Shown: positions 11,751-22,131 of the stretch, in pieces
Numbering within the stretch: position 1 is the first letter of the stretch
Layout: each line of letters opens with the position of its first letter
Made by a program: the position numbers and the translations under genes
Assembly: GCA_013416795.1 (NCBI GenBank)
Contig: RQSC01000007.1
Coordinates: 200,707 to 264,706 of the forward strand
DNA: 64,000 nucleotides
Reading direction: 5' to 3'
From: Prasinococcaceae sp. CCMP 1430
Lineage: Eukaryota > Plantae > Prasinodermophyta
Notes under the pieces: model-generated
Seen by the model: only the letters and a program-made list of their open reading frames with translations
Told to the model about the DNA's origin: nothing
The model's database searches: none

Positions 11751-13019
11751 TCAGGGGAGGTTGTACACGCGTTGCAGAGCGGGGGGCGGGCAGGGCGAAC
11801 GGCACAGGGGGCACTCGGGCTTGGCGGTGGTCCACTCGGCGATGCACCGCCAGCAGAACATGTGGCCGCACGGCGTCGCGGTCGGCGCGTCGCGCGCGCC
11901 AAGGCACAGAGTGCAGCGCTGGCGCTCGTCGTCGGCGCCAGCGTCTGGCGGGCATTCCGCGGCAGCCCCAGCGGGGGCACATAACTGAGCGGGGGTGCCG
12001 TCCGCCTCAAGGACGGCCACGTTGCGAGGGGCGGGTCCCACGCCTGGGCGCCGCGGTGCGCCCTTTGGCCCTCTGCCCCCAGCCCCGCTGCCGGTGGCGT
12101 CGCCAGAAACACCGAGTCCCGAGCGCAGGTTGCTCCACAGGGTTGGAAAGGAGGTCACCGAGAGCTGCAAAAGCAGCATGACGCCAAGCACACCGTAATG
12201 CGGCCGTGCGATGCCCTCGCGGCCAATGAAGACGTATCTCACGCCCGCCGCTCGATGCGATATGTGGTAGAACGTCCCGAAGAAGTAGAAAAGCGAGAGG
12301 TGCATGCGCAGCGCATGCGCGCTCGCTTCGTCCAGCGCGGGAAGCGCGCGGCCCACGCGCAGGACGAAGCGGGCCAGCGCTACGCGGGCTCGCGCCATGG
12401 TGGCGCTCCCGCTCGCTGTGCGCGCGCCATCCACGCCGTCCGCACCCACGCCCGCCCCGGCGCTGCCGCCCTCGCCGCCGCTCTCGTCATCCTCTGCTTC
12501 CGCGGCGGCGACGGCCGAGCTGCGTAGCCTCTGCACGAGATATGGTACCATGGCCTGCAGTGACACCAGCATCGCGCGGCGCAATCGCGAGGGGGGCGCA
12601 CCGTCGCGGTCGGCAACCATGAGCACGTCGCTGTACTCCTCGCCAAGCGTCTGACCGCCCGCGCCAGTCGTGAGCGCGAAGTACGCGAGGGATGCGGCGA
12701 GTTGCAGCTCGGGCGCGTGACGCATCGCCGCTCGCGCGCCGAAGACAGCTCGCGCCGCGTCGGTCAGCGCAGACCCCAGCTGTGCCTCGTAGTATGCGTC
12801 TTTCTGCGCCGCGCGCAGCACGTCAGGCTGCTGCGCTGCCGGCAGCGACGGCCACGCGCCCGCCGGGGCACCGCCGCCCTCGCCGCCGCCGCCGTCCTCC
12901 TCCTCCTTCTCCTCCTCTTCTTCGTCTGACGTCGCCGCTGTACTTGCCACGCCACTCTCACGCCGCCCCCTCCACACACCGCGCCCCCGCAGCGCAGTCG
13001 CGTGCGTGCCGCGGCGCAC
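11751..13019 (-). CDS. PEX10: Peroxin PEX10 (Pex2/Pex12 N-terminal domain plus C3HC4 RING); true start uncertain
   Basis: AAQQPDVLRAAQKDAYY, GQTLGEEYSD, HLSLFYFFGTFYHISHRAAGVRY, and RING CTLCL...CGHMFCWRC...CPLC. The track start at 13019 is GTG; a small upstream exon (ATG 13136) is possible. Confidence 0.88.
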   Translation of the reverse strand: MRRGTHATALRGRGVWRGRRESGVASTAATSDEEEEEKEEEDGGGGEGGGAPAGAWPSLPAAQQPDVLRAAQKDAYYEAQLGSALTDAARAVFGARAAMRHAPELQLAASLAYFALTTGAGGQTLGEEYSDVLMVADRDGAPPSRLRRAMLVSLQAMVPYLVQRLRSSAVAAAEAEDDESGGEGGSAGAGVGADGVDGARTASGSATMARARVALARFVLRVGRALPALDEASAHALRMHLSLFYFFGTFYHISHRAAGVRYVFIGREGIARPHYGVLGVMLLLQLSVTSFPTLWSNLRSGLGVSGDATGSGAGGRGPKGAPRRPGVGPAPRNVAVLEADGTPAQLCAPAGAAAECPPDAGADDERQRCTLCLGARDAPTATPCGHMFCWRCIAEWTTAKPECPLCRSPCPPPALQRVYNLP

Positions 13020-14278
13020 GGCAGCGCGCTGCTCGCCTCACTCGGCGCGCCAGACCCGACCCGGGCTCCCGCTCCGACCCTCCCTCGCCCGCGCCCGCGC
13101 CCCCGCCGCGCGCACACGCGTTTTGATGGCGATCATCCAGCCCCTGAACAAACGGGAGCCTCTCTCACCGCGCGGAGTGCTCGTGCGTAGCTGTTATGAT
13201 GACGTTGCGGTGTGGGTTCGTTTGTCGTTTGAGTTCGCCGCGCGCGCCATCAAACTGCATCAAATCGCCTCCCCCTCGCTTCCTTCCGCTCCCCCACTAC
13301 CCGGTGGCGCGCGGCAGCGCGCGCGCGCGCGCGCGCGAAACGCAGACGCGAACGCGAACGATTGCCGAGTTCGCGGAAGCCCTCCGCGAAAGGGGACGGC
13401 GGGGCGCGCGGGCGAGAGGGGCGCGTGGCAACGGGCGCGCGGAAACGCGCGGAGTCGGCGCGAGCGAAAACTGGGCGGAAAAAAACGCGCGCCGCCGCCG
13501 TGCGCTCGCAAGAGTCTCTCTCGCTCGCTCGTGCTCGTGCTCGTGCGCGCGCGTGCCGAGGGCTGCCGCGGGGGCAGGCCGGGCGAGCGGGTGCGCGGGG
13601 CACATCAAGGGATGCCGCCAGGAGGTGCGTTGCAGCGCGCGCGCCGCGCTGCTGCGCGCGTGCGACGGCGCTGCGCGAGGCGCGAGCGTGGCGCGCGGCT
13701 GTTGGCGTTTCGCTCGTCGAAGCCGCGGGCTGGGGGCCTGTCAAAAAAAAAAAAAAAACGACGCGCGCGCGCGAGATGGGTGCGGATGGGGGGGGAGTGG
13801 CACGAGGGTTGGTGACAACGCACTGTGCGCGACGGCCTTGCAATTGCCGTCAGGTCGGTGGACTCGCTGGCCGATGCCGATCTCGATGGGGACATCAGCG
13901 CCCGGGAGGGCGCCCGAAGATCCCTACACAAGCCCCCATCGCGCGCGCGCGCCACGCTCGTTTTCTTTTTGCTTTTTCAAACGGACTGCTGCGTGGTGGT
14001 CTGGCCCGGCGCCTGCGCCGGATGGTGCCTGCCAGAGCCTTCCTGCCCGCTGGGGCGCGCGCCGCGGCACTCACGCTGCGTGGCCCAGCCAAGCTTGGAG
14101 GCCAAAGGCGCGGCTGAGAAAAGGAGTGGGAGCGGCTCGCGCTCAATGATGTGTTTGCGTGCGCTGACCCTCTCGCGCAATCACGGCACGGCGTGCGTGC
14201 ACTTGACGGTGCGTTAACGCGTATGCAGCCCCTCCGCCAGGAGGACCGCCGCGCGGCCCACCTCCTGGCGCCCCCACT

Positions 14279-17200
14279 ATGGGCGGTCCTCCGCCGGGCG
14301 CTCCGCCGATGGGCGGCCCTCCGCGCGGTCCGCCGCCGCCGGGCGGCCCGCCACCAGGCGGCCCGCCTCGCGGCCCTCCACCGGGTGGGCCCCCGCGGGG
14401 CGGACCACCCCCTGCGGGTATGCCTGTGGGTGTGCCGCCGCCCGCCCGCGGGGCGCCACCTGCAGGTTTTCCGCCTCCACCGACGCAGCAGCAAACGCCG
14501 CCCCCAGCAGGTCCAGCAGGGCCGCCTGCAGGGTTTCCACCCGCGCCGATGCAGCAGCAGCAGGCGCCTCCGCCGGGGCCACCTGCAGGCTTCCCGCCTC
14601 CGCCGCAGCAGCAGACGCCACCACCACCTAATGCAGCCCCGGGTGCGCGGCCCGCGGGCTTCCCCCCCCCGCCTGGCGCCGCGGCCGCGCCGGGGCCACC
14701 CCCGCCGCAAAACTTTGTGCTGGCACAAGCCAAGCCGCTGCCGCAGCCAAAGGCGCCCCCGCCGATGACTGCCGCGCCCCCTCCGGCTGCGGCGCAGCAG
14801 AAGCAGCAGGCTACCTCAGCGCAGCAAGTGACGATGGGTGCCCCACCCCAGCCTGCGGAGATCCAGTACACACAGAGCGGGCCCGCGAGGGGCGCACCGC
14901 AGGCCTCGCGACGTGCGTACCACGATCCCGGTTCTGGCGGCATGGCAGCTGGGCACGTGCCCCCCATGCAGCCGGGCGCTCAGGCGCCCATGATGGGAGC
15001 GCCGCCGGGCGGCGCGGCGCCTGGCGTACATGCCGGCGCGCCGCAGGCTCCTGGCGCGTACGCTGGGGGTTACGGCGGCGCGGATGTGGCCGCGCAGGCG
15101 GCGGCGCTGGCCGAGCAGATGCAGTCGCTCGAGATGGGCACACCCACGCCTGGTGGTGCTGCCCAGGGCGTGGACATGACCACGTTCCCGCGTCCGGCGG
15201 GCCTGAGCGTCCCGCCCGCGCCGCAGCAGCCGAACGCGCCACCCGCTTTTCTCCGCCTGACCACCAATGCTATACCCAACTCGGCGCATCTCGCGCAGCG
15301 CTTCGGCGTGCCTCTTGGGGCTATTATCACGCCGTTGTCGACCGCCGAGCACGCGCCAGTGGCACGATTCGGCGAGAGCGGCATCGTGCGCTGCCGCAAG
15401 TGCCGCACGTACATCAACCCGTTTGTGCAGTTCCAAGACGGCGGCCGCCGCTTCCGCTGCAACGTTTGCAGCTACGTCAACGACGTCCCCCCTGATTACA
15501 TGTGCCCACTGGATGCGAATGGGCAGCGGGTGGACCTCGCCCAGCGGCCCGAGCTGACGCACGGCACCGTTGAGTACGAGGCAAGCGCCGAGTACATGGT
15601 CCGGGCGCCCATGCCGCCGTCGTACTTCTTCGCCCTCGACGTGTCGGCATCGGCTGTGCAAAGTGGCTTGCTGGCGACGGCCGTGAATGCGATCAAGGGC
15701 ACTCTCGACTCGCTGCCCAACGACGGACGCACGCAGGTGGGCTTTATGACGTTTGACTCGACCATTCATTTGTACCGCCTGGGCGCTGGCAAGACAACGC
15801 CGCAAATGATGGTGCTTGCCGACTTGGCTGAGCCCTTCCTGCCCGTGCCCGACGAACTCCTCGCCAACCTGGTGGAGAGCCGTGCCGCAATCGATACTCT
15901 GCTTGATTCGCTTGCCTCGATGCACGCCGCGACCACCACGCAAGACTCGTGTCTCGGTCCGGCGCTGCAGACGGCGTTCATGGTTATGCAGCACTGCGGT
16001 GGCAAGCTCATGGTCTTTCAGAGCTCAATGCCCAACCTGGGCGAGGGGAAGCTACGCGTGCGGGAGGACCCCAGGCTGTACGGCTCGGAAAAGGAGGCGA
16101 CACTCCGGCAGCCCGGCAGCCCGTTCTACAAAAAGCTGGCTGCTGAGTGCAGCCGTGTGCAGATTTCTGTGGACCAGTTCCTCGCGCCGCAGGGTCCCAT
16201 TGACGCGTTCTCGTTGTCCGCGCTGAGCAGGTATACCTGCGGCAGCATGTACGTGTACCCTCGCTTCCACGCCTCGCGCGACGGCGAGCGCATGCACAAC
16301 GAGATCCAGCGCAACCTCACGCGCCAGGCCGGTTGGGAAGCGGTCATGCGTGTGCGCTGCTCGAAGGGCCTGCGCATTAGCGCGTTTCACGGCAACTTCT
16401 TCATCCGCAGTTCGGACCTGCTGGCTCTGCCGTGCGTGTCGCCCGACCAGTCGTTCGCTGTGCAGATCTCGCACGAGGAGGGGCCGCTGCAGGGCTCGGT
16501 TGCGTACACGCAGTGCGCGTTGCTCTTCACCACCTCGGCTGGAGAGCGCCGCATCCGCGTGTCGACCCTGGCCACGCCGGTGGTGTCAGATCTCGGCGAG
16601 ATGTACCGCGCTGCCGACGGAGATGCCTGCTCTGCGATGATGGCCCGGCTCGCAAGCGAAGCGGCGATGTCCGGCAAGCTCGACGACGCGCGCAACATGG
16701 CGCAGAACCGCGTGCTTGCGTGTCTGCGGGAGTACCGTCATCTGTACCCCACACAGTATCGTGCGCCCAACAAGCTCATGTACCCTGAACCGCTGCGGTT
16801 GCTCGCGCTCTTCGCGCTGGCCACGGCGAAGAGCGACGCCCTGCGTGGCGGCGGCAGTGATGTGGACTCGGACGTGCGCGCGGAGGCCATTTTCAACGCC
16901 AGCGCGCTGCCGGTCGAGCATGCGCTGCAGTCGCTGTACCCCACCATCTACGCGCTGCACGCTGACTCGGGAGGCGACGAGAACACGCTGCCCCCAGTGG
17001 CGCCAGCATGCACCGAGCTCATCGATCAGCGCGGCGTGTATCTGATGGACAACGGCAGGGTGCTGTGCCTGTGGATCGGTGGCGTCGCGCCCGCCGAGCT
17101 CGTCGGCGAGCTATTCGGCGTCGACGCGAGCCAGCCGCTGGACGTCTCCACTCTGCGTCTGGAGAACGGCAAGGGCCCCGCCGCCAAGCGTGCGCAGAAG

Positions 17201-17377
17201 GTGGTGGCCGCCCTTCGCGGCGGCAAGCAGCACTGGCAGCCGCTCTTCGTGGCTCGGCAAGGGGATCCCTCCGAGGCCTTCTTCCAGTCCAAGCTCGTGG
17301 AGGATCGATCGATGGGCGCCATGTCCTACTCGGACCTCCTCTGTGCCTATCACCGCCAAGCGCAGTCCCTCGGGTAA
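14279..17377 (+). CDS. SEC24: COPII coat subunit SEC24 (SEC24A-like) with Pro/Gly-rich N-terminal extension, intronless
   Basis: Zinc finger CRKCRTYINPF...CNVC, trunk domain FALDVSASAVQSG, QAGWEAVMRVRCSKGL, ERRIRV, gelsolin-like C-terminus and terminal SYSDLL. Confidence 0.95.
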   Translation: MGGPPPGAPPMGGPPRGPPPPGGPPPGGPPRGPPPGGPPRGGPPPAGMPVGVPPPARGAPPAGFPPPPTQQQTPPPAGPAGPPAGFPPAPMQQQQAPPPGPPAGFPPPPQQQTPPPPNAAPGARPAGFPPPPGAAAAPGPPPPQNFVLAQAKPLPQPKAPPPMTAAPPPAAAQQKQQATSAQQVTMGAPPQPAEIQYTQSGPARGAPQASRRAYHDPGSGGMAAGHVPPMQPGAQAPMMGAPPGGAAPGVHAGAPQAPGAYAGGYGGADVAAQAAALAEQMQSLEMGTPTPGGAAQGVDMTTFPRPAGLSVPPAPQQPNAPPAFLRLTTNAIPNSAHLAQRFGVPLGAIITPLSTAEHAPVARFGESGIVRCRKCRTYINPFVQFQDGGRRFRCNVCSYVNDVPPDYMCPLDANGQRVDLAQRPELTHGTVEYEASAEYMVRAPMPPSYFFALDVSASAVQSGLLATAVNAIKGTLDSLPNDGRTQVGFMTFDSTIHLYRLGAGKTTPQMMVLADLAEPFLPVPDELLANLVESRAAIDTLLDSLASMHAATTTQDSCLGPALQTAFMVMQHCGGKLMVFQSSMPNLGEGKLRVREDPRLYGSEKEATLRQPGSPFYKKLAAECSRVQISVDQFLAPQGPIDAFSLSALSRYTCGSMYVYPRFHASRDGERMHNEIQRNLTRQAGWEAVMRVRCSKGLRISAFHGNFFIRSSDLLALPCVSPDQSFAVQISHEEGPLQGSVAYTQCALLFTTSAGERRIRVSTLATPVVSDLGEMYRAADGDACSAMMARLASEAAMSGKLDDARNMAQNRVLACLREYRHLYPTQYRAPNKLMYPEPLRLLALFALATAKSDALRGGGSDVDSDVRAEAIFNASALPVEHALQSLYPTIYALHADSGGDENTLPPVAPACTELIDQRGVYLMDNGRVLCLWIGGVAPAELVGELFGVDASQPLDVSTLRLENGKGPAAKRAQKVVAALRGGKQHWQPLFVARQGDPSEAFFQSKLVEDRSMGAMSYSDLLCAYHRQAQSLG

Positions 17378-17880
17378 AAGGGTCATACATTTCAGCCACT
17401 GGTGAAGGCATCCCTTTCCCCATCTCAATGACTCAAACCTTGCCCGCGGGCGCTGGCCACACAGCGCGCGCGTGCGGGCGCGCGGCACGGCGCAGAGCGC
17501 GACGCGCGGCGCCCCCCCTTGCGCCAGCCATGGAGGAGGTTCGCCGCGGCGCGCCCGCGATCTGGCTCACCATCGAGGGGACGCGCTCCGCGGCGCTCGG
17601 GGGTCAGAATACGTAGAACTACGGGCAGCGCGGAAAAACCTTTTTTTTTTTTTCACACTTTCCGGATCCGCAGCGCGGGCCAGCCCGGCTCGTATGCACA
17701 TGCGCATCCACAGCAGGGGGCGGCCAGTGCGCTGGGGCGGCGCCACACCGCCGCGGCGCTCCGCTGGGGCATACCCCTCCCCCCCCCCCTCCCCATTACG
17801 GAGGGGTTGTGGGGGTACGTCGACTGGGGAGTCTTTGGTGGGAAGGGCGCGCGGGTGCGCCACCCCAGGCGCGCGCCGAC

Positions 17881-20295
17881 ATGCTGCGGCACTCGAGGCG
17901 GCGGCTGTCTCGCGCGCTGTCGCGAGCTGCTGCAGCACGATGCGCGAGTGCCTCGGCGTCCGGGGGCTCGCGCGGACTCGTTGAGGAGGCGGTCCTCCCC
18001 GGGGGCTCGGTCGTCGCATTCGAGAGCGGTGAGCTCGCACGGCTTGCCGATGGCGCAGCGCTCGTCCGCCACGGCGACAATGCGGTGCTCGCGACGGTGG
18101 TGTCCTCTGCGCCCTCGTTTGAGGATGCGGCGACGTCTGATGGCTTTCTGCCGCTGCAGGTCGAGTACAAGGAGAAGGCCTTTGCGAGCGGCCGAATACC
18201 CGCGACCTTTACGCGCCGGGAAGGCGCCCCTCGCGACCGTGAAGTGCTCGCATGCCGAGTCATCGACCGCGCGTTGCGACCGCGCTTCCCGAAAGGGTTC
18301 GCCTACGAGACACAGCTGCTTGCGAGCCTCCTCTCGGCCGACGGCAATCGCCACGCGGACGTGGCGGCCATCAACGCTGCAGCTGCCGCGGTCGCACTCT
18401 CTGACGTGCCATTTGATGCACCCGTCGCAGCGGTGCGCGTCGGCGCGACGGCGGCGGGCGAGCTGGTCGTAGACCCAGACGCGGACACGCTGCGCGACGA
18501 GTGCGCGCTGGAGCTGCTGTACGCGCGCGCGGAAGGCGACCGCGCGCTCATGGTCGAGGCCGCGGCCCGGCCTGGCGTGTCCGAGGCTGTGTTCGCGGCC
18601 GCGCTGCGGCTCGCGCACGATGCTGCAGCGCCATTGCTCGACGCGCAGCGCCGGCTCATGGCGGCCGCGTCCAGGGCAAAACGCACGGTCAAGCTGATGC
18701 GGCCTTCGCCAGCGGTCAGCGATGCGCTGTTGGCCGCGGGCGGAGCAGAGGCCGTGCGCGCGGCGCTGTTCGATCCGTCCGTCGACAAGGCCGCGCGCGC
18801 GGCACGACTTGAGGCAGCCAAGGCGCGCGTGGCGTCTACAGCCGGCATGAAGGACGAGGAGGGCATCGAGATGGCGCTTGAGAAACTCGCGGCGTCAGCG
18901 GTGCGCGAGGGGGCGCTGGAACATGGCGAGCGCGTTGACGGCCGTGCGCTGCACGAGCTGCGCCCGCTACGCTGCATGGTGGGTTTGCTCCCTGGCACGC
19001 ACGGCGATGCGCTCTTCTCGCGCGGTGATACGCAGGCACTTACGGCTGTCACTGTCGGCGGGCTTGCGGACGCCGCCGAGCAGGACCACCCCGTGCGCAG
19101 CGTGCCTCCCAAGGCCTTCTACGTGCACTACTCCATGCCGCCCTTCGCCACCAACGAAGTGGGCAAGGTCGGCGGTGTCGGGCGACGTGAGGTTGGCCAC
19201 GGAGCGCTCGCCGAGAAGGCGCTCGCGGCGGTCGCTCCAGACGAGCGCGACTTCCCCTTCGCCGTGCGCGTCTCCTCGGAGGTGCTCGGCTCCAATGGGT
19301 CAAGCTCCATGGCGACGGTGTGCGGCGGCTCGCTCGCCCTCATGGACGCTGGCGTGCCTGTGCGTGAGCACGTCGCGGGCATCAGCGTTGGGCTCGTAAT
19401 GGACCTCGAGCAGCTGGAGGCAAGCCCAAACGATACGCCCAGGTACGCCCTGCTAACGGATATCCAGGGGCTCGAGGACGGGCTGGGCGACATGGACTTC
19501 AAGATCTGTGGCACTCGCTCGGGCATCACCGCGGTGCAGCTTGACATCAAGCCCAGCGGCGTGCCAGTGGGGGTGCTTGAGTCAGCGCTGCAACCCGCAC
19601 TGGAGGCGCGACACAAGATCCTGGACGCTATGGAGGCCACGATTTCTGCGCCGCGCGAGAGCGTGGGTGACAACGCGCCGCGTGTGGAAACAATCGATCT
19701 CATGGCCGATCTCGTTGGGAAGCTCGTCGGGCTGCAGGGGGTTGGCATGCGCGACATTGAGTCGCGCAGCGGCTCCAAGCTGACGGTCGAGCACAGCGAG
19801 GATGGCGAGCGTGCCAAGGTATCCATCTTCGCGCCTGATGCGAAGAGCATGGCTCTCGCACGCGCCCTGGTGGGCGAGGCCATCTCCGGGGACGTTCCCG
19901 TCGGCAAGGTGCTGCGCGCGCGCGTGCTTCGTCTCGAAGAGTATGGCGCAATCCTCGAGCTCTTCCCATCCAAGCGGCAGGGGTTGCTGCACGTGGCGGA
20001 AATCTCGCACGAGGGCGTCGGCCGCGCGGGCGACGTGCTGAGCGTCGGGCAGGAGATAAAGGTGCAGGTGCTGGACGTAGACATCCGGGGCAATGTCAAG
20101 CTCTCGCGCAAGAGGCTCCTCCCGCAGAGCAAGGCGCCCGCGGAGGCGGCCAAGGGCTTCGGTCCACCGCCGCAGACGATGTCGGCAGCAAGCGCGGCCA
20201 AAAGCACCACAGAAAGGGGCGTTGGTGGCAAGGGCGGCAAGGGCAGTGGCAGACAACAACGGCCTAGGCATGGGCGCATGAAGCGCGACAGCTAA
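17881..20295 (+). CDS. PNP: Polyribonucleotide nucleotidyltransferase (PNPase), probably mitochondrial
   Basis: Two RNase PH domains (FLPLQVEYKEK...RLIDR-like CRVIDRALRP; RRE-VGHGALAE; SNGSSSMA; DGLGDMDFKICGT), KH (VGKLVGLQG) and S1 (GAILE...GLLHVAEI) domains, and an Arg/Ser/Ala-rich N-terminal presequence. Confidence 0.93.
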   Translation: MLRHSRRRLSRALSRAAAARCASASASGGSRGLVEEAVLPGGSVVAFESGELARLADGAALVRHGDNAVLATVVSSAPSFEDAATSDGFLPLQVEYKEKAFASGRIPATFTRREGAPRDREVLACRVIDRALRPRFPKGFAYETQLLASLLSADGNRHADVAAINAAAAAVALSDVPFDAPVAAVRVGATAAGELVVDPDADTLRDECALELLYARAEGDRALMVEAAARPGVSEAVFAAALRLAHDAAAPLLDAQRRLMAAASRAKRTVKLMRPSPAVSDALLAAGGAEAVRAALFDPSVDKAARAARLEAAKARVASTAGMKDEEGIEMALEKLAASAVREGALEHGERVDGRALHELRPLRCMVGLLPGTHGDALFSRGDTQALTAVTVGGLADAAEQDHPVRSVPPKAFYVHYSMPPFATNEVGKVGGVGRREVGHGALAEKALAAVAPDERDFPFAVRVSSEVLGSNGSSSMATVCGGSLALMDAGVPVREHVAGISVGLVMDLEQLEASPNDTPRYALLTDIQGLEDGLGDMDFKICGTRSGITAVQLDIKPSGVPVGVLESALQPALEARHKILDAMEATISAPRESVGDNAPRVETIDLMADLVGKLVGLQGVGMRDIESRSGSKLTVEHSEDGERAKVSIFAPDAKSMALARALVGEAISGDVPVGKVLRARVLRLEEYGAILELFPSKRQGLLHVAEISHEGVGRAGDVLSVGQEIKVQVLDVDIRGNVKLSRKRLLPQSKAPAEAAKGFGPPPQTMSAASAAKSTTERGVGGKGGKGSGRQQRPRHGRMKRDS

Positions 20296-20401
20296 TCAAC
20301 TAATGGAACCTCCGTACACTCGCATGCGTCCTTTGTTTGCATGCTGTTAGGTTCGGCACTCGAGAGAATATTATCGAGTGTCGATAGTGGGTGGTGTCGC
20401 C

Positions 20402-21846
20402 TCAGATTGGACGGAGGCGGACGGTCCGGTGTCCGTTGAGCCCTCCATTGGCATTTGTGTGATTGAACATCTCCGCGATGTAAACGGCCGTGGCGGCTTC
20501 GATGCCATACGAATGCGCGCCCGTCGAGTGCCTGTGGTCATGGTCCCAGTAGTGGCCTGGCACATTCACCTGTTGGATGTTGCCCCAGCCATAGAGGGTG
20601 GTATGCCTGCAGAGGCCACCGATGGTGGCAAGCATGATGCCACAGGTGCCCATGGACGGCCGCCGGCAGCGAATGTTTTCAACCGAGTGCATGCGTGCCC
20701 AGCCTCGGCAGATCTTTGCGTACGGCTCCTGGTACATCTCCTTCCACGCAATCTCCTCTACGAGCGTCGCGTGGTCGCACGCGCCCGCGTGCTTTCCCAG
20801 CTCCTCGCGCACCCCGGCGCCGATGCTTCGCCACTCGTCCCGAATGAAGCCGTACAGGAGGTGGAGCTGCTTGTGCTGCGCGCACCTTGGCCCCCATGCG
20901 TCGACATCACGCGCGACCACATCATTGACCAGCAGGACATCGGTGCGCGAACCGACCTGGCGTTCAAAGCCCTCGGTTGGGGCGAGGTTAAAGCGCATTA
21001 TGGCGTCGTAGCTGTCAATCTCAGCGCCGAGCTCCACATTGGCGAGCGACGGGGAGGAGCCCACGACCGCACAGCGCTCATACTCGGGTTCACCGCGCGG
21101 CGCGAAAAGGCCATCCGCCCGGTTGTTCACTAGGGCGCCCTGAGCGACGTCCTCGTCGCGCACGGGCAGCGCCTTTGCTGCGCTGAAGAAGCATGGCACT
21201 CGACCGCTCGGGCCACACTCCTGTATCCTCCTGTGGGTTGGCACGGCGCGTACAGCAGCAGCAAGTCAGCTTTCGTTCGAACAGAAGACGCATGCTCGCG
21301 GCCAGTACGCTCGGGTGGTTGGAAAAGTAGGCGAGCGGGTGGTAAGGCGCGTGCGCGGGCGCACGTTTGGCAGAAGGCGGGGCTATGCCGCAAAGCGCGC
21401 ATCACGCACTTGTGGTTCTTCGCGAGCCAGCCCTTGCAGCAGTGGTTTTCCTGTCTGCGAGTCCCCTTAGGCACGTACGAGATTTTGGTCCCCAAGTCGG
21501 CGCAAGTGGGCCCACCGCAGCTCGAGCATAGGTCGGCGTCGCAGCAGAAGCCGAGGGCGGAGAAGTTTGCGCCGCTGCCACTGTACACTCCGTGGGGCGG
21601 ACACGGCCCGCGCTCGCCTCGATTTGCTCGGAAGAGTGGATGCAATCCATCCCCCACGAGGTCAACGCCGGCCACCAGCCGCGTCACTTCCGCCTCCTCG
21701 CGCAGCGCTCGTGCCGTTCGTCCATCGCCACGCAGCGCTTGTGCTACTCGCGCCGGCGCACTGGCGGGTGCCTCTGCAAGCGCCGGCGCACCCAGCGCGA
21801 GCGCAGACGCCAGCATCGCAGCTGCTGCGGCCCATGCGCGCAGCAT
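20402..21846 (-). CDS. GT29 sialyltransferase-like glycosyltransferase with N-terminal signal/anchor and Cys-rich stem; one intron about 21408-21232
   Basis: Sialylmotif L (CAVVGSSPSL...GAEIDSYDAIMRFNLAP), S (PSMGTCGIMLA...C..TTLYGW), III (HYW) and VS (HSYGIE, H-x4-E). Donor GTGCGT, branch-like CTGAC and acceptor CAG join the two ORFs in frame (HK|RIQEC). Confidence 0.86.
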
Positions 21847-22131
21847 ACCCGCCTCTTATCCCCCCCACCACACCGCACCCCACCCCACCAACCCACCCCT
21901 TCCCTCCCCTCACCCGCCCTCCTCCGCAACCGGCCCTGGACCCCCAATCCGCGCACTCGCCCGCCCGTGAGCTCGCTGCGTGTTGTGTGGCGTCCACCCT
22001 CACCCTGGCGCCCTCAAGACGCCCCTCATGCGACGTAATTCGAACAATCCCGCCCCGGCCAACCAGACCTCGCGCGCGTGGCGCTGCGCTGCGAGTGCGC
22101 AGCGCCGCGCTTCGTGTGCAGCGGCGCCCCG

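Noticed and set aside
14279-15200. GPP/PPG repeats at the SEC24 N-terminus resembling collagen or extensin
   Set aside because: A Pro-rich disordered N-terminus is a normal SEC24 feature, and there is no strict Gly-X-Y period.
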